Shown here: one piece after another, positions 63,866 to 64,000 of the stretch
How positions within the stretch are numbered: position 1 is the stretch's first letter
How the letters are laid out: every line of letters starts with the position of its first letter
Assembly: GCA_027604505.1 (NCBI GenBank)
Contig: JADIIX010000030.1
Coordinates: 62,001 to 126,000 of the forward strand
DNA: 64,000 bases
Reading direction: 5' to 3'
Source of the DNA: Gonapodya sp. JEL0774
Taxonomy: Eukaryota
Program-made: the position numbers and the translations under genes
The notes under the pieces: generated by a model
What the model saw: only the letters and a program-made list of their open reading frames with translations
Database searches by the model: none
What the model was told of the DNA's origin: nothing

Positions 63866-64000
63866 TTGCTGGTGGTTGGTGAATACTGCATGAGAAATAG
63901 GAAGAGAGTATCGCGATCCTTGCTGGTGTCGTTGTGCCGGGGATGCCCAGGACGAGCGCTGCTGCTGATTCGTAAGCTGCCGCTGTCTGGATGGTTGTGG

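Overview
This is gene-dense eukaryotic genomic DNA with many short GT-AG introns. The gene content (PAB1, ROK1, RPP0, SNF7, BUB2, a YPK/Gad8 kinase, plus KAT14-, MUL1- and SMG6-like genes and several bacterial-type enzymes and transporters) points to an early-diverging, chytrid-like fungus; that assignment is inference. I reconstructed about 21 protein-coding genes by hand-splicing, so exon boundaries and some starts are approximate. I saw no rRNA, tRNA, CRISPR array or intact transposon. Main observations: (1) The ribosomal stalk gene RPP0 encodes an extra, third P1/P2-binding spine-helix repeat, which suggests an archaeal-like heptameric stalk in a eukaryote. (2) The intron just before that extra repeat folds into a ~180-nt hairpin covering its own 5' splice site, followed by a second hairpin and an ACA box. 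(3) The GH26 gene is bracketed on both sides by decayed copies of nearby coding sequence, each antisense to its source when read as a + strand 3' UTR. (4) Three head-to-head gene pairs have only ~120 bp between ATGs and contain dyad-symmetric elements. (5) Several intron-containing genes look bacterial in origin.
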